This document shows, one piece after another, positions 1 to 13,307 of a DNA stretch of 64,000 nucleotides. How positions within the stretch are numbered: the stretch's first letter is position 1; every line of letters starts with the position of its first letter. The translations under genes were made by a program, and so were the position numbers. Under the pieces are notes generated by a model that was not told the origin of the DNA, made no database searches, and worked only from the letters and a program-made list of their open reading frames with translations. The DNA is from Vicinamibacterales bacterium. GTDB taxonomy: Bacteria; Acidobacteriota; Vicinamibacteria; Vicinamibacterales; UBA8438. Location of the stretch: NCBI GenBank assembly GCA_965249105.1, contig OZ252219.1:3634941-3698940 (forward strand), given 5' to 3'.

Positions 1-1779
1 ATGGCGACGGTCGATACCGACCGAATCGAGGTCATGCGAGGCTCGGGGTCGTCACTCTATGGCTCGAATGCCATGGCCGGAGTGATCAACGTCGTGTCTC
101 GCACGGGTGGCGGGCGACCGGAGGGTGAGATCGTGGTCGAGGGTGGCGGCTTGGGTCTCGTGCGAACCGTTCCGAGGTTTCGCGGCGGGTTGGCCAATGA
201 CCGCTTCACCTACAGTGGCGCGTTGTCTTACGTCAACATGACCAGAGGGGTCCGGGAGAACCAGGCGTATCGGAATACCTCACCTCAGGGCACGGCCCGG
301 TATCAGTTCAGCCCGAGCCTCTCCGTTACCGGACGACTGTGGTACGCCAACGACGAGTTGCAGACCAACGAAAGCCCGACCTTCACCCCCGAAGTACTCG
401 CCAACTTTCCCGCCACCGGACCAGTCTCGGCCAACGCACTCCCGACAGACCAACTCGACTTGTTCGAGCAGGGGCTGCCATTCGACGCCGGCACGGCGAC
501 GTTCGTTCCGGACCAGCATGACCCTGACCAGCTACGCAGGTTGTCCTTCTTCAACGGGAGCGCATCCCTCCAGCACGTTGTTTCCGACAACACGTCGTAT
601 CGGGTCAGCTACCAGGGTGTCGATACAAGCCGACAGCTCATTGACGGGCCCCTGGGCGGCGGGATCTTCGACCCTATCGACCGGCAAATCAGTCGGTTCG
701 ATGGCCACATCGACACCGTACACGCTCGTCTGGATACCTCCGCTGGATCGCTCAACCTCATCACCGCAGGATACGAGTTCGAGCGAGAGAACTATCTCGA
801 CGTGAACTCGGGCAATGTCGGGTCGATCGACATCGACTCGAACAGCCAGTCATTCTTCGCGCAGGACCAACTTCAGCTTCTTGGCGGACAGCTGCAGGTC
901 ACGTTGGGCGGACGCCTGCAGACCTTCGATCCGCAGCCACCGACCTTTGCCGGGGGGAACAACCCCTACGAAGGCGTGCCAGTCGACACGCCGACGGCGT
1001 ACACCGGCGATGTGTCCGCTGCCTACTTCGTCGATAGCAGCGCGACCAAGGTACGGTTTCATCTTGGCAACAGCTACCGTGCCCCCGCGCTCTACGAGCG
1101 CTTTGGTGGATCGTACTCATCGTTCTTTGGCTCCTATAGCTACTGGGGTGACCCGCGGCTCAGGCCCGAGCGAGCGGTAGCGGTCGATGGTGGCGTGGAC
1201 CAGTGGCTGTTCGACTCGAGCGCGCAGGTCAGCGCGACGCTGTTCTACACCGACCTCAGGGAGACGATCATTTTCGACTTCGCCAACTTCCCACCGGACG
1301 ATCCGTTCGGTCGTTTCGGAGGCTACCGAAACAGTGGGGGGGGCACCGCGAAGGGCGTCGAGCTAAGCCTCAGGGCGTCACCGGCCACCCGGACGAACCT
1401 TCAAGTGAGCTACACCTTTACCGATTCCCAATCGGAGACCCCGACGATCGGCGATGACTTCTTCGGTGTGCTGGGCGTATCGAGACACATGTTCACGGCG
1501 ATGGCCAGCCACTGGATCACCCGGCGGCTCAACGTCACGTTCGACATGTTTGCGGCCAGTGAGTACTCGTTGTCCCCCTTTGGCGCGATGGGCCGCCAGA
1601 TGCTCTTCACCGGACCGGTGAAGGCCGATGTCGTGGTCCGCTATGACCTGCCGCTCGCCTCTGGACCGAGAGTCGACGTGTTCATGAAGGTCAACAACAT
1701 GTTCAATCAGCGACCGTACGAGAACGGCTTCCTTGGTCCAGGTGCCTGGGCGACGGGCGGTCTGCGTATCAGATTCTGA
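1..1779 (+). CDS. TonB-dependent outer-membrane receptor (BtuB-like), 5' part probably outside window
   Basis: Plug motif DRIEVMRGSGSSLYGSNAMAGVINVVS, barrel motifs (SYRAPALYER, LRPERA), C-terminal Phe (GLRIRF). Confidence 0.9.
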   Translation: MATVDTDRIEVMRGSGSSLYGSNAMAGVINVVSRTGGGRPEGEIVVEGGGLGLVRTVPRFRGGLANDRFTYSGALSYVNMTRGVRENQAYRNTSPQGTARYQFSPSLSVTGRLWYANDELQTNESPTFTPEVLANFPATGPVSANALPTDQLDLFEQGLPFDAGTATFVPDQHDPDQLRRLSFFNGSASLQHVVSDNTSYRVSYQGVDTSRQLIDGPLGGGIFDPIDRQISRFDGHIDTVHARLDTSAGSLNLITAGYEFERENYLDVNSGNVGSIDIDSNSQSFFAQDQLQLLGGQLQVTLGGRLQTFDPQPPTFAGGNNPYEGVPVDTPTAYTGDVSAAYFVDSSATKVRFHLGNSYRAPALYERFGGSYSSFFGSYSYWGDPRLRPERAVAVDGGVDQWLFDSSAQVSATLFYTDLRETIIFDFANFPPDDPFGRFGGYRNSGGGTAKGVELSLRASPATRTNLQVSYTFTDSQSETPTIGDDFFGVLGVSRHMFTAMASHWITRRLNVTFDMFAASEYSLSPFGAMGRQMLFTGPVKADVVVRYDLPLASGPRVDVFMKVNNMFNQRPYENGFLGPGAWATGGLRIRF

Positions 1780-1803
1780 GCGTCCTGACCGGTTTCACGC
1801 TCG

Positions 1804-1966
1804 TAGTGCAGTGGTTCAGAAATACCTCGGCATCCGGCCACCGATGCATCCCTTCTGCCTGCGTTGCTCCTCAGTCACAGATTCCCGATTTGCTCCTTCG
1901 TCGCGCCTGGCCAGACGGGTGCGTCGGCGCCCTCGGTGCACGAGGTATTTCTGAACCACTGCACTA
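1804..1966. repeat. 163-bp long-hairpin (MITE/ERIC-like) element, copy 1
   Basis: Perfect 27-bp inverted repeat GTAGTGCAGTGGTTCAGAAATACCTCG (1803-1829 / 1941-1967), TA at both ends, core shared with copies at 6583, 12458 and 18862. Confidence 0.85.
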
Positions 1967-1976
1967 CAGCGTCTAC

Positions 1977-3006
1977 TAACGCGTTTTTCGAAAAGCTCTA
2001 GTACTCGGTAGGCGGTTCATGGTACTCCTACGTGCAACGTCCACGGGGAGGATCAATGCGCGCCTATTCGATGGATCTTCGCGAACGTGTACTCCGCGAT
2101 AGCGACGCTGGGATGAAGGCGGCCGCGGTCGCGGTCAAATACCACGTGAGTGCCTCCTGGGTCCGGCGGCTCAAACAACGACGGCGGGAGACCGGCGAAG
2201 TTGCCCCCCGCCAGCAGCCCTACGGGCGGCATCCCGTGCTCGCGCCCCAGCTGCATACCCTCGTGGCGCTGATCCGGGAGCAACCGGACCGCACCCTCGC
2301 CGAACTCCAGGTGGCCCTGGGCACGTCCGCCAGTCTGGCAACGATCTGGCGGGCCGTGAAACGGTTGGGCTTCACCCTTAAAAAAAACGGTACGCGCGTC
2401 CGAACACGATCGCCCCGACATCGCGACCGCGCGCGCGCAGTGGGCGGCGACCGCCCCGACCCTCGACCCGACCCACCTCGTCTTTCTCGATGAAAGCGGG
2501 GTCGCCACCAATCTGCTCCGCCGCTATGGGCGCGGGCCGCGCGGCCAGCGGGTCGCCGATCACGCGCCCCAGGGGCGGTGGGAGAGCAGCACCTTCATCG
2601 CCGCGCTGCGGGTGACGGGGCTCACCGCCCCCGGAGTCCTCGATGGCCCCATGGACGGGGCCAGCTTCCTCGCCTACGTCGAACAGATCCTCGTCCCGAC
2701 GTTGCAGCCCGGCGACATCGTCATCGCCGATAATCTCGCCGCCCACAAGGTCGACGGCGTCCGGGCCGCCATTGAAGCGGCCGGCGCGACGCTGCGGTTC
2801 CTGCCGCCATACAGCCCCGACTTCAACCCGATCGAGTTGTGCTTCGCCAAACTCAAAGCCATCGTTCGCAAGGCCCGCTGTCGCTCGATCGACACGCTCT
2901 GGCCACTCCTCGGCGAGTGTCTGTCGCGCTTCACCCCCACCGAGTGTCGCAACTACGTCCGGCATTGCGGCTACGCGGCCGCCAAAGCGTTATGAAAAAC
3001 GCGCTA
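1977..3006 (+). mobile_element. IS630-family insertion sequence
   Basis: Imperfect terminal IRs TAACGCGTTTTTCGAAAAGCT (1977-1997) / AGCGTTATGAAAAACGCGCTA (2986-3006), TA ends, encloses a split IS630 transposase. Confidence 0.9.
2056..2995 (+). CDS. IS630 transposase in two frames (HTH orfA + DDE orfB) joined at the A8 run 2380-2387
   Basis: [15 protein letters not shown] start with GGAGG RBS; after the shift [13 protein letters not shown]...FLDESG...DNLAAHK...[12 protein letters not shown]. Confidence 0.88.
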
Positions 3007-3026
3007 GCTCGCCTGAGTGCCGGCCC

Positions 3027-4181
3027 TCAGAGCCGCTCCGCGCCGATGGTCAGCCGATGAATCAGACCGGCGGTCAGGGCCGCCCTCCACGGCAGCTGAT
3101 CGACGATCACGTGCTCATGCAGGGCGTGTGCGCCGTCACCGACCGCACCCAGGCCATCCAACGTCGGCACACCCAGAGCGGCCGTCAGGTTTCCGTCGGA
3201 ACCGCCACCGGTTGAACCCTCTCCGAGCTCGCGACCGAGCTCTGCCGCGAGTTCCTTCGCTATCGTGTACAGACCGATGACCTCGTCGGTTCGTTCGAGC
3301 GGCGGTCGGCTGAACCCGCCGGTGACCTCGACGGTGGTGCCCTCCAGCTGGGGAACGATCGAACGAACCGCCTGGTCGACCCGGTCACGGTCGGAGGCCG
3401 TTGACACGCGGATGTCGATGACGGCCCGTGCCTGTGGGGCCACGACGTTCGGTCGACTCCCACCCTCAACGACCCCGACGTTGACCGACACGCCGCGTTC
3501 ATGGTCGCGAAGAGACTCGATCGCCAGAATCTGACGCGCGATCTCGTGAACGGCACTCGCCCCCTTCTCGGGCTCAATTCCCGCATGCGCGGGCACGCCT
3601 CCCACGCGCAACTCGAACTCGCCGCACCCCTTGCGGGCCGTCTTGAGCGCCCCACCGGGCAAGGACGGCTCGAGCACCAGCACCGCGTTGCTCCGTCGCG
3701 CTTCGTCTTCGACCAGCCCCCGGGAGGTCTGGCTTCCACGTTCCTCGTCCGATGTCCACAGCATGACGACACGGGCGGCCGGCGGCCCAGCTTCCTCCAA
3801 AAGCGCACGCATCGCCAGCATCGCGATGGCGATCCCCGCCTTCATGTCATAGACCCCAGGGCCCAGGAGCCGCCCACCCTCTTGACGCAGTGACATGCGC
3901 TCGAGCTGACCGACTGGCCACACCGTGTCGAAGTGTCCGAGAACCAGAAGTTGCGCGGGACCGTCGCCGAAGCTCGCGCGCAGGTGATCGCCAGCGGTCT
4001 CACTGGGGATAGCTTCGACGACCGCGCCGGCATCCCTCAACCGGCACGTGAGCTCGTCCCCACACCGATCAACCGCGGTCTTGTCAGTCGTCGGCGACTC
4101 CAGGGCAGCCAAGGCCATCGTCGTCTCGACCAGCCACTCCCGCTCGCTCTCACAGAACTGGAGGAGGTTTCCCAGATGCAT
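3027..4181 (-). CDS. M20 family metallopeptidase (carboxypeptidase G2-like)
   Basis: GHFDTVW, GPGVYDMKAG, DEERGS, GGGSDGN, GAHALHE metal-binding motifs. Confidence 0.9.
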   Translation of the reverse strand: MHLGNLLQFCESEREWLVETTMALAALESPTTDKTAVDRCGDELTCRLRDAGAVVEAIPSETAGDHLRASFGDGPAQLLVLGHFDTVWPVGQLERMSLRQEGGRLLGPGVYDMKAGIAIAMLAMRALLEEAGPPAARVVMLWTSDEERGSQTSRGLVEDEARRSNAVLVLEPSLPGGALKTARKGCGEFELRVGGVPAHAGIEPEKGASAVHEIARQILAIESLRDHERGVSVNVGVVEGGSRPNVVAPQARAVIDIRVSTASDRDRVDQAVRSIVPQLEGTTVEVTGGFSRPPLERTDEVIGLYTIAKELAAELGRELGEGSTGGGSDGNLTAALGVPTLDGLGAVGDGAHALHEHVIVDQLPWRAALTAGLIHRLTIGAERL

Positions 4182-4279
4182 CAGGTCCCCATATGAGCCA
4201 GCTTGCGTGGCGTCCGGCTGCTCCGCATAATGGTCATGTGACCCTGGCGATACGGCGTCCGCTCTCGGTGGCGACCGCG

Positions 4280-4747
4280 ATGAGTTCGGCGCCTCCAGCG
4301 CTCCTGATCATGCTGACATTGGTGTTCACCAGCGCCCATGTCACCGCGCAACAAGGGAACCCCGCCGATCCCGCCGGTGACACACCGTCGGAAACCGAGG
4401 TGGGGTTCCCGATCTATCCCGCTTCCGTGTACCTCACCTCGTATGACGCCGGGCGCGGTCAGCGATACTATCTGTTCGGTACAGCGTCCGGCTACGAAGA
4501 AATGGTTCGCTACTACGCCATCGTGCTGGATGAGCGCGGTGACGAGGTGTTCAAGGCGCCAGCCACCCACGTGTTCGAGATCGGCAGGTTTCGGGAGGAC
4601 AGCATGGCGTTCCCACCGGGCGTGACGATCAAGGACTACACGTGGAACGGGTCGGAGGGCTATCTCGACCCGACTCCCGGGTCGAGTGCCCGCTACGCGA
4701 CCGTGATTCAGTTCGTGCCGCCGCCATCGGGCGAGGTAACGCGATAG
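4280..4747 (+). CDS. Hypothetical exported protein (start uncertain; ORF open from 4193)
   Basis: Signal-peptide-like ALLIMLTLVFTSAHVTA followed by a plausible globular domain; fills the gap between genes. Confidence 0.65.
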   Translation: MSSAPPALLIMLTLVFTSAHVTAQQGNPADPAGDTPSETEVGFPIYPASVYLTSYDAGRGQRYYLFGTASGYEEMVRYYAIVLDERGDEVFKAPATHVFEIGRFREDSMAFPPGVTIKDYTWNGSEGYLDPTPGSSARYATVIQFVPPPSGEVTR

Positions 4748-4762
4748 GCCAGCCCTTGTGTC

Positions 4763-6742
<1,980 letters not shown>

Positions 6743-6745
<3 letters not shown>

Positions 6746-7918
6746 GCCCAGACGACGCATGACCAGGCACTTGAGGTAGGACGTTTCCGGCACGCTGACC
6801 AGCACCGGATGGTCACGACTCTGGAGCCGCCTCTCCAACAGGACCGCGCGAGCGCGGGCGTCGTTGGCGGCGTCGGACACGAGCTCCGTGAACGTCGCCT
6901 CATCGACGTGGGTCGACCGGCAACAGGTCACCAAAGTGCCTCCGGGAGCCAGCAGGGCAAAGGCCCGAAAGTTGAGCTCCTTGTAACCAGCCAGAGCCTT
7001 CGACATCGCACTTCGGTTTCGGGCCAGAGCCGGTGGGTCGAGGACGATCGTGTCGAATCTGACCCCGGCCCGGCTCAGTTCAGGCAGGAGCTCGAAGACG
7101 TCGGCCACGCGCGGACGGAGTGTCGTGACGCCGTTCAACGACGCGTGCTGCGTGAGCCTCTCCACGGCCGTTGGTGACGAATCGACCGCCACCACCTCCG
7201 CGCAGCGTCGGGCGAGATGAAGCGCGAATCCACCGGTGTAGCAAAAGCAGTCCAGTGCCCGTCCGCGCGCATACTCGGCGGCCAGCAGCCGATTCTCCCG
7301 TTGGTCGAGAAAGAGCCCCGTGGAATCACCCTCCCAGGGATCGACCCGCAGGTCGACCGACCCGTCCCTCACCACCACGTCGCGAGGAACCTCGCCGTAC
7401 AGCAACTCGACGCGCCGCGGTAGCCCCTCCAGCGCCCGAATGTGTGCATCGTGTCTGGCCAAGATGCCTGTCGGCCGCACGAGCTCGACCAGGGAGTCCC
7501 GAATGAGCTGGAGGTGCCGATCGACACCCTGTGAGAGCGCCTGAAGCACGAGAACATCTGAGTAGCGGTCAACCACAAGCGACGGCAGCAGATCTCCCTC
7601 GGCATGGACCAGCCGATACGCCGTGGCATCGATGGCGAGCGTCTGCCGATACGCGATGGCGTCCGCGAGTCGCTCTCGCCACAGCGAGGCGTCAGGCGGT
7701 CTCCCGGTCCGAGTCATCAACCGGACCGCAATCGGCGACCGGTCACTGAACAACCCGTGACCGAGTGTTCGGCCGCGCGGTCCAACCAGCGCAACCACGT
7801 CGCCGGGTTGTGCGTCGACCGTTTCTATGTCGGCACGATTCACCCACAGGTGACCGGCTCGAATCCGATGCTCAGCCCGTGAGGTAATCCGGGCCGTTGC
7901 CGTCTCACGATCGCGCAA
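6743..7918 (-). CDS. RlmI-like class I SAM-dependent methyltransferase (PUA-like N-terminus)
   Basis: GHLWV, AYRLVHAEGDLLPSLVVDRY, TGLFLDQRENR, LDCFCYTGGF, DTIVLDPP, DHPV..PETSYLK. Confidence 0.88.
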
Positions 7919-7925
7919 GGGGGCT

Positions 7926-7935
7926 ATAGTACAAT
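7926..7935. promoter_or_regulatory. Overlapping divergent -10 boxes (TACAAT +, TACTAT -), probably leaderless transcripts
   Basis: TACAAT 7930-7935 lies 6 nt before the rpiB ATG; minus-strand TACTAT 7926-7931 lies 7 nt before TTG 7918; no SD on either side. Confidence 0.55.
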
Positions 7936-7941
7936 CTCGTC

Positions 7942-8415
7942 ATGCGAATCGCGCTGGGCTCTGATCACTGGGGCGTCGCCCTCAAGGCGCGGGTGATCGA
8001 GAGGCTACGTCAGCGGCCCGAGGGTGACCTCGAGTGCCATGACTTCGGACCGTCCACCGACGAGGCGGTTGACTATCCAGACTACGCCGCCAAAGTGGCC
8101 GAAGGTGTGGCATCAGGTGACTACGACCGCGGCATCCTCATCTGCGCCTCGGGTATCGGCATGGCGATGGCCGCGAACAAGGTGCATGGAGTTCGCGCGG
8201 CATCGATCGACGACGCTGAAGCGGCTCGTGCAACGCGAGAGCACAACGACGCGAATATCCTGGCGCTCGGAGCGCGCCGTGTGTCCGACGACGAGGCGCT
8301 CGCGATCATCGACGCGTTCTTGACGACGCCGTTCGGTGGCGGGCGACACCAACGGCGGGTCGACAAGATCGCAGAGATTGAAGGCGCCCAGGCCGGCACC
8401 CTCCACGACGCCTAG
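7942..8415 (+). CDS. rpiB: Ribose-5-phosphate isomerase B
   Basis: GSDH, VDYPDYA, GILICASGIG, REHNDANILALG, GGRHQRRVDKI. Confidence 0.95.
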   Translation: MRIALGSDHWGVALKARVIERLRQRPEGDLECHDFGPSTDEAVDYPDYAAKVAEGVASGDYDRGILICASGIGMAMAANKVHGVRAASIDDAEAARATREHNDANILALGARRVSDDEALAIIDAFLTTPFGGGRHQRRVDKIAEIEGAQAGTLHDA

Positions 8416-8448
8416 TCCTAGAAAACGGGACACCCGAAAAGACGAGAA

Positions 8449-9747
8449 ATGACGGACACGCTCGACTCGGTGACGAACCTAACACCCGCGGGCCACGGCC
8501 TGATGCGTCCCCTCGCGGAGACCGACCCTGAGATTGCCCAAGCGTTGCGGGACGAGATCAACCGGCAGAACACCGGAATCGAACTGATCGCATCGGAGAA
8601 CTTCGTCGGCACCGCGGTGCTCGAGGCGATGGGGTCGGTGCTGACCAACAAATACGCCGAGGGATATCCTGGGCGCCGGTACTATGGCGGGTGCGAGTGC
8701 GTCGATGTCGCCGAGCAACTGGCCATTGACCGGGCCAAGGCGCTGTTCGGGGCCGAGCACGCCAACGTCCAGCCCCACTCCGGGGCCCAGGCCAACATGG
8801 CGGCCTACTTTGCCCTGGTCAAACCCGGAGACACGGTCCTCGGGATGAGTCTCGACCATGGTGGGCACCTGACGCACGGCCACGCCCTGAACTTTTCCGG
8901 ACAGCTTTACGACATCGTGGCCTATGGCGTGCGGCGGGAAGACGAGCGGATCGACTATGACGAGCTCGAGCAGCTCGCCCGGGACCGTCGACCCAAGATG
9001 ATCATGGTCGGTGCCAGCGCGTATTCGCGGGTCATCGACTTCGAGCGGATTGCCACGGTCGCCCAAGAGGTGGGCGCCGCTATGGTCACGGACATGGCTC
9101 ACATCGCAGGTCTGGTAGCCGCCGGCATCCATCCCAGTCCGGTACCACACTCCGATGTCGTCACCACGACCACCCACAAGACCCTGCGCGGACCACGCGG
9201 CGGACTCGCGCTGTGCCGAGAGGCGCACGCCAAAGCCCTCAACCGGGCACTCTTTCCCGGGGTGCAGGGTGGCCCCCTGATGCACATCATCGCGGCGAAA
9301 GCGGTGTGCTTCAAGCAGGCCGGCGAACCGGGGTTCGTCGAATACCAACACCAGGTCGTCGCCAATTCCCAGCGACTTGCGGCGTCCCTGGCGGCGCAGG
9401 GCTTCAGGCTGGTCAGCGGAGGAACCGACAATCATCTCTTGCTCGTCGACGTGTTCTCGCAGGGACTGACCGGCAAGGTAGCCGAAGCCGCCCTCGGAAA
9501 CGCCGGGATCACGGTCAACAAGAACGCCATCCCCTTCGATCAGAACCCGCCGATGGTCGCGAGCGGTATCCGCCTCGGCACACCGGCGGTCACGACGCGC
9601 GGGATGAGGGAGCCGGAGATGGATGTCATCGGCGACCTGATCAACCGCGTTCTTTCGGCTCCCGACGACAACACGGTCGCGAGCTCGGTGCGCGACGAAG
9701 TTGAAAGCCTGTGCCGGACGTTCCCCCTGTACCCAGACCCGAGCTAG
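8449..9747 (+). CDS. glyA: Serine hydroxymethyltransferase
   Basis: [52 protein letters not shown]. Confidence 0.98.
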   Translation: MTDTLDSVTNLTPAGHGLMRPLAETDPEIAQALRDEINRQNTGIELIASENFVGTAVLEAMGSVLTNKYAEGYPGRRYYGGCECVDVAEQLAIDRAKALFGAEHANVQPHSGAQANMAAYFALVKPGDTVLGMSLDHGGHLTHGHALNFSGQLYDIVAYGVRREDERIDYDELEQLARDRRPKMIMVGASAYSRVIDFERIATVAQEVGAAMVTDMAHIAGLVAAGIHPSPVPHSDVVTTTTHKTLRGPRGGLALCREAHAKALNRALFPGVQGGPLMHIIAAKAVCFKQAGEPGFVEYQHQVVANSQRLAASLAAQGFRLVSGGTDNHLLLVDVFSQGLTGKVAEAALGNAGITVNKNAIPFDQNPPMVASGIRLGTPAVTTRGMREPEMDVIGDLINRVLSAPDDNTVASSVRDEVESLCRTFPLYPDPS

Positions 9748-11723
9748 CGGCGCTGCGGGCCGACGTCGACGACGCGTTTGCCGACGACGGTCCGCTTGCC
9801 CAGGCACTCCCGACGTTCGAGCCCCGACACAGCCAGCGCGAGATGGCGGCGGCAACGGCCGACATCTTCGAGGACGGCGGTGTCCTCCTCGCGGAGGCCG
9901 GCACGGGCACCGGCAAGACGCTCGCGTATCTGGTTCCCGCGATCTTGAGCCGACAGCGCGTGCTCATCTCCACCGGCACGAAGAATCTGCAGGATCAGAT
10001 CTACGACAAGGATCTGCCGGTCCTCCGAGACGCACTCGATATCCCGTTCACCGCCACCTATATGAAGGGCCGAGGGAACTATCTGTGTCTCCACCGGTTC
10101 GATGACCTCCGAGAAAGCGACGAGTTACGGACGCCCGTCGAGCTGGCGTATCTCGAATCGCTGAGGCAGTGGTCGACCCAGACCGAGACGGGCGACCGAT
10201 CGGAAGTCGAGGACCTGCCTGACGACCTGCCCATCTGGCACGAGATCGCGGCAACCTCGGAGAACTGTCTGGGGACCGAATGTCCCCAGTACGACGAGTG
10301 CTTCGTCACACGAATGCGGCAACGGGCGAACGAGTCGGACCTCGTGATCGTGAACCACCACCTGCTCTGCGCCGACGCCAGTGTCCGCCAAAGCGCCTAC
10401 GGTGAGGTGATCCCGAGTTGCAGCTACGCCGTGATCGACGAGGCCCATCAGCTCGAGGATGTCGCCACGCAGTACTTCGGCGTCGCGGTCAGCAACTATC
10501 GCGTCGACGAGCTGGCCCGTGACGCCCACCGCGTGCTGGGCTCCGACCCGACGGCCGCCGACCCGGCCGCCGCTGACATCCATCGCATCGTCGACCGGAC
10601 GCGGGACCACGCGCGAGTGTTCTTCGGCGCGCTGCTGAGACCCGGGGCTTCTACCGGCGAACGGACCCGCGTCACCGCCGAGGCGCTGGCTCCCGCCACG
10701 GAACCAGGACGCGGCGTGATGACCGCCTTGACCGACCTCGAGCAAGCGCTCTCGCACCTACATGACGCCTCCGAGGACATGCTCGCAATCGGCCGGCGCG
10801 CGGCCGAGATCCGCGACCAGCTCACCTTCCTGTTGGCTGCTTCGGACCCCGACTTTGTGTACTTTCTCGAGGTGCGGGGGAAGGGTGTGTTTCTTCGTGC
10901 CGCGCCTATAGACGTATCGCGCATCGTCAGGGACGCTCTGCTCCACCGAAACCAGGGGACGGTGCTGACTTCGGCCACCCTCACGGTTGATGGGTCCTTC
11001 GACTACATCCGAGGACGGCTCGGGCTCGCCGACGCCTTCGAGGTCCGATTGGCATCGGAATTCGACTTCCGCACGCAGGCCGTCCTGTATTTGCCAAAAC
11101 ATATGCCTGACCCGAGGCACGACACCTTTACCTCCTCCGTTGCCAGCGAGCTCATCAACCTCCTCGCGCTGACGGAGGGGCGCGCATTCGTGTTGTTCAC
11201 AAGCTACGCGAACCTCAGAGCGGTCCACGCGCAGCTGGCGGCACGGCTGCCCTACCCGCTCCTCGTTCAGGGGACGGCGCCGCGGACCGTGCTCCTTCGC
11301 GAATTTCGAACGACCCCTCACTCCGTCCTCCTCGCCACGTCGAGTTTCTGGCAGGGCGTGGATGTCGCCGGTGACGCGCTGAGCTGCGTTGTGATCGACA
11401 AGTTGCCGTTCGCGTCCCCCGGCGACCCGATCACGTCGGCCCGTATCGAGGCGATCACGACCCGTGGCGGCGATGCCTTCGGTGAATACCAGGTGCCGTT
11501 GGCGATCCTCGCGCTGCAGCAGGGCCTGGGGCGGTTGATCCGCCATCGCCAAGACCGAGGGGTGCTCGCACTACTCGACCCCCGTGTTCGGACAAAAGGG
11601 TACGGGGCGCGTTTTCTCGCTAGCCTGCCCCCAGCGCCCGTGGTGCGCGACCTCGAGCAGATCGCCGAGTTCATTGGACCATCCGAGCAGCCTGCGCCAT
11701 CGGGCGGCCTGCCCCTGCGATAG
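9711..11723 (+). CDS. dinG: ATP-dependent DNA helicase DinG/YoaA family (Fe-S)
   Basis: [17 protein letters not shown], Fe-S Cys cluster, IDEAH, TSATL, GRLIR. Confidence 0.93.
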   Translation: MPDVPPVPRPELAALRADVDDAFADDGPLAQALPTFEPRHSQREMAAATADIFEDGGVLLAEAGTGTGKTLAYLVPAILSRQRVLISTGTKNLQDQIYDKDLPVLRDALDIPFTATYMKGRGNYLCLHRFDDLRESDELRTPVELAYLESLRQWSTQTETGDRSEVEDLPDDLPIWHEIAATSENCLGTECPQYDECFVTRMRQRANESDLVIVNHHLLCADASVRQSAYGEVIPSCSYAVIDEAHQLEDVATQYFGVAVSNYRVDELARDAHRVLGSDPTAADPAAADIHRIVDRTRDHARVFFGALLRPGASTGERTRVTAEALAPATEPGRGVMTALTDLEQALSHLHDASEDMLAIGRRAAEIRDQLTFLLAASDPDFVYFLEVRGKGVFLRAAPIDVSRIVRDALLHRNQGTVLTSATLTVDGSFDYIRGRLGLADAFEVRLASEFDFRTQAVLYLPKHMPDPRHDTFTSSVASELINLLALTEGRAFVLFTSYANLRAVHAQLAARLPYPLLVQGTAPRTVLLREFRTTPHSVLLATSSFWQGVDVAGDALSCVVIDKLPFASPGDPITSARIEAITTRGGDAFGEYQVPLAILALQQGLGRLIRHRQDRGVLALLDPRVRTKGYGARFLASLPPAPVVRDLEQIAEFIGPSEQPAPSGGLPLR

Positions 11724-11734
11724 ACTGGCGTGGC

Positions 11735-12460
11735 GTGAAGGAGAGTCGCTCTCTCGCGGCCACGACGGCCGCCAATGCCGCCGGCGTGCGCGAAAGGATC
11801 GACAAAGCGGCACGCCGGGCCGGACGCGACCCTGGGTCCGTCTGTGTGGTGGCCGTCGCCAAGAAGTTTCCCCTGACCCATGTCCGTGCGGCAGTCGACG
11901 CAGGGCTCGAGCACATCGGGGAGAACCGCGTTCAGGAGGCCGTGGAGAAGATCGCCGGGGCTACCGGCCTCTCGGTCACCTGGCATTTGATTGGGCACTT
12001 GCAGTCCAACAAGGCCGGTCAGGCGGTCGCCAGCTTCCCGTGGATTCATTCTGTCGACAGCGTCGGGCTGCTCCAGCGGCTCGACCGGCTGTCAGCGGAA
12101 GCCAACACCACACCCAACCTACTGGTCCAGGTCGACCTGGCGAACGAGGCCACCAAGCACGGCGCGTCGGTCGACGACACCCATCGCATCTTCGAGGCGG
12201 CCGCGCACTGTCACAGCGTCAGAATGCGAGGCCTGATGGTGCTGCCACCACGGACTGAGGTCGCCGAGGGAGCACGACCGTTCTTCCGCCGGCTCCGTGA
12301 GATGCGTGACACGCTCATCGAGCAGGGCGTCGATCGAGCGATGCTCGGCGAGCTGTCGATGGGAATGAGCGGCGACTTTGAGGTCGCGGTCGAGGAAGGT
12401 GCGACGATTGTGCGCGTGGGCACCGGAATCTTCGGCCCCCGGCCACGCCCTGAAGCCTAG
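11735..12460 (+). CDS. yggS: YggS family PLP-binding protein
   Basis: VAVAK, GENRVQEA, WHLIGHLQSNK, LSMGMSGDF, GATIVRVGTGIFG. Confidence 0.95.
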   Translation: MKESRSLAATTAANAAGVRERIDKAARRAGRDPGSVCVVAVAKKFPLTHVRAAVDAGLEHIGENRVQEAVEKIAGATGLSVTWHLIGHLQSNKAGQAVASFPWIHSVDSVGLLQRLDRLSAEANTTPNLLVQVDLANEATKHGASVDDTHRIFEAAAHCHSVRMRGLMVLPPRTEVAEGARPFFRRLREMRDTLIEQGVDRAMLGELSMGMSGDFEVAVEEGATIVRVGTGIFGPRPRPEA

Positions 12461-12620
12461 TGCACCGCCGTCGAGAAACGGTCAAGGGATCGGGTTCGCA
12501 GCGTGCCCAACCGCAAGGCGCCGCGACGAGGAATACATGACGTATTTCGAGAAGCGGGAACGCAGCGGATGGGTGTGCTGCGAGCGCGAGGATTGACCGG
12601 GTCTCGATGGCGTTGCACTA
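12458..12620. repeat. 163-bp long-hairpin element, copy 3 (most divergent core), CTAG at both ends
   Basis: 28-bp imperfect IR 12458-12485 / 12593-12620; core GCAAGGCGCCGCGACGAGG...GAGAAGCGGGAACGC; fills the whole yggS/lepB gap. Confidence 0.8.
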
Positions 12621-13304
12621 GGTCACCTGCTTGAGCATCCGCCCCCAGCGGGTGCCGGTGAAGAAGTTGACCGCCACCGAGCCCAGCCGTCGTATCGTCG
12701 CGACAAGTCCAGTTTCTGGCATGAGCTCGGGGACCCCGTCGAACGACCAGTAGATGACGAACGCCTTGCCCTTCACGTAGGCATGCGGCAACGGACCCCA
12801 GAAGCGACTGTCCTGCGAGTTGTCGCGATTGTCACCCATCATGAAATAGTTCGCGTCGGGGATCGTGATCGGCCCGTGGTTGTCCCGGCGGTCTATGGCA
12901 ATCGCGCCGGCACGTGAGGGCGGCTGGTCGTCAAGGTAAGGCTCCTCGATCGGGCTCCCGTCAATGAACACCTGCCGGTCTCGAACCTCAAGGGTCTCAC
13001 CGGGCAACCCGATCACGCGTTTGATGAAGTCGCGCTCCGGGTCCTCGGGAAACTTGAACACCAGGATGTCACCACGCCGCACATCGCTCGTCGGCGTGAA
13101 CACCTCGTCACCGGTCAACAACGGGTTGAAGACGAACTTGTTGACCAGCAGGTGGTCGCCGATCAGCAAGTTGTTCTCCATCGAACCAGTCGGGATCTTG
13201 AAGGCCTGCACCACCCAGGTCCGGATAAACAGGGCAAGAACCACCGCGATGGCGATCGTCTCGAAATACTCTCGTGCCGTCGACTTCTTGAACGGTTCAC
13301 CCAT
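12618..13304 (-). CDS. lepB: Signal peptidase I
   Basis: IPTGSM (catalytic Ser), FIKRVIGLPG (Lys), MGDNRDNSQDSR. Confidence 0.96.
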   Translation of the reverse strand: MGEPFKKSTAREYFETIAIAVVLALFIRTWVVQAFKIPTGSMENNLLIGDHLLVNKFVFNPLLTGDEVFTPTSDVRRGDILVFKFPEDPERDFIKRVIGLPGETLEVRDRQVFIDGSPIEEPYLDDQPPSRAGAIAIDRRDNHGPITIPDANYFMMGDNRDNSQDSRFWGPLPHAYVKGKAFVIYWSFDGVPELMPETGLVATIRRLGSVAVNFFTGTRWGRMLKQVT

Positions 13305-13307
13305 CGA

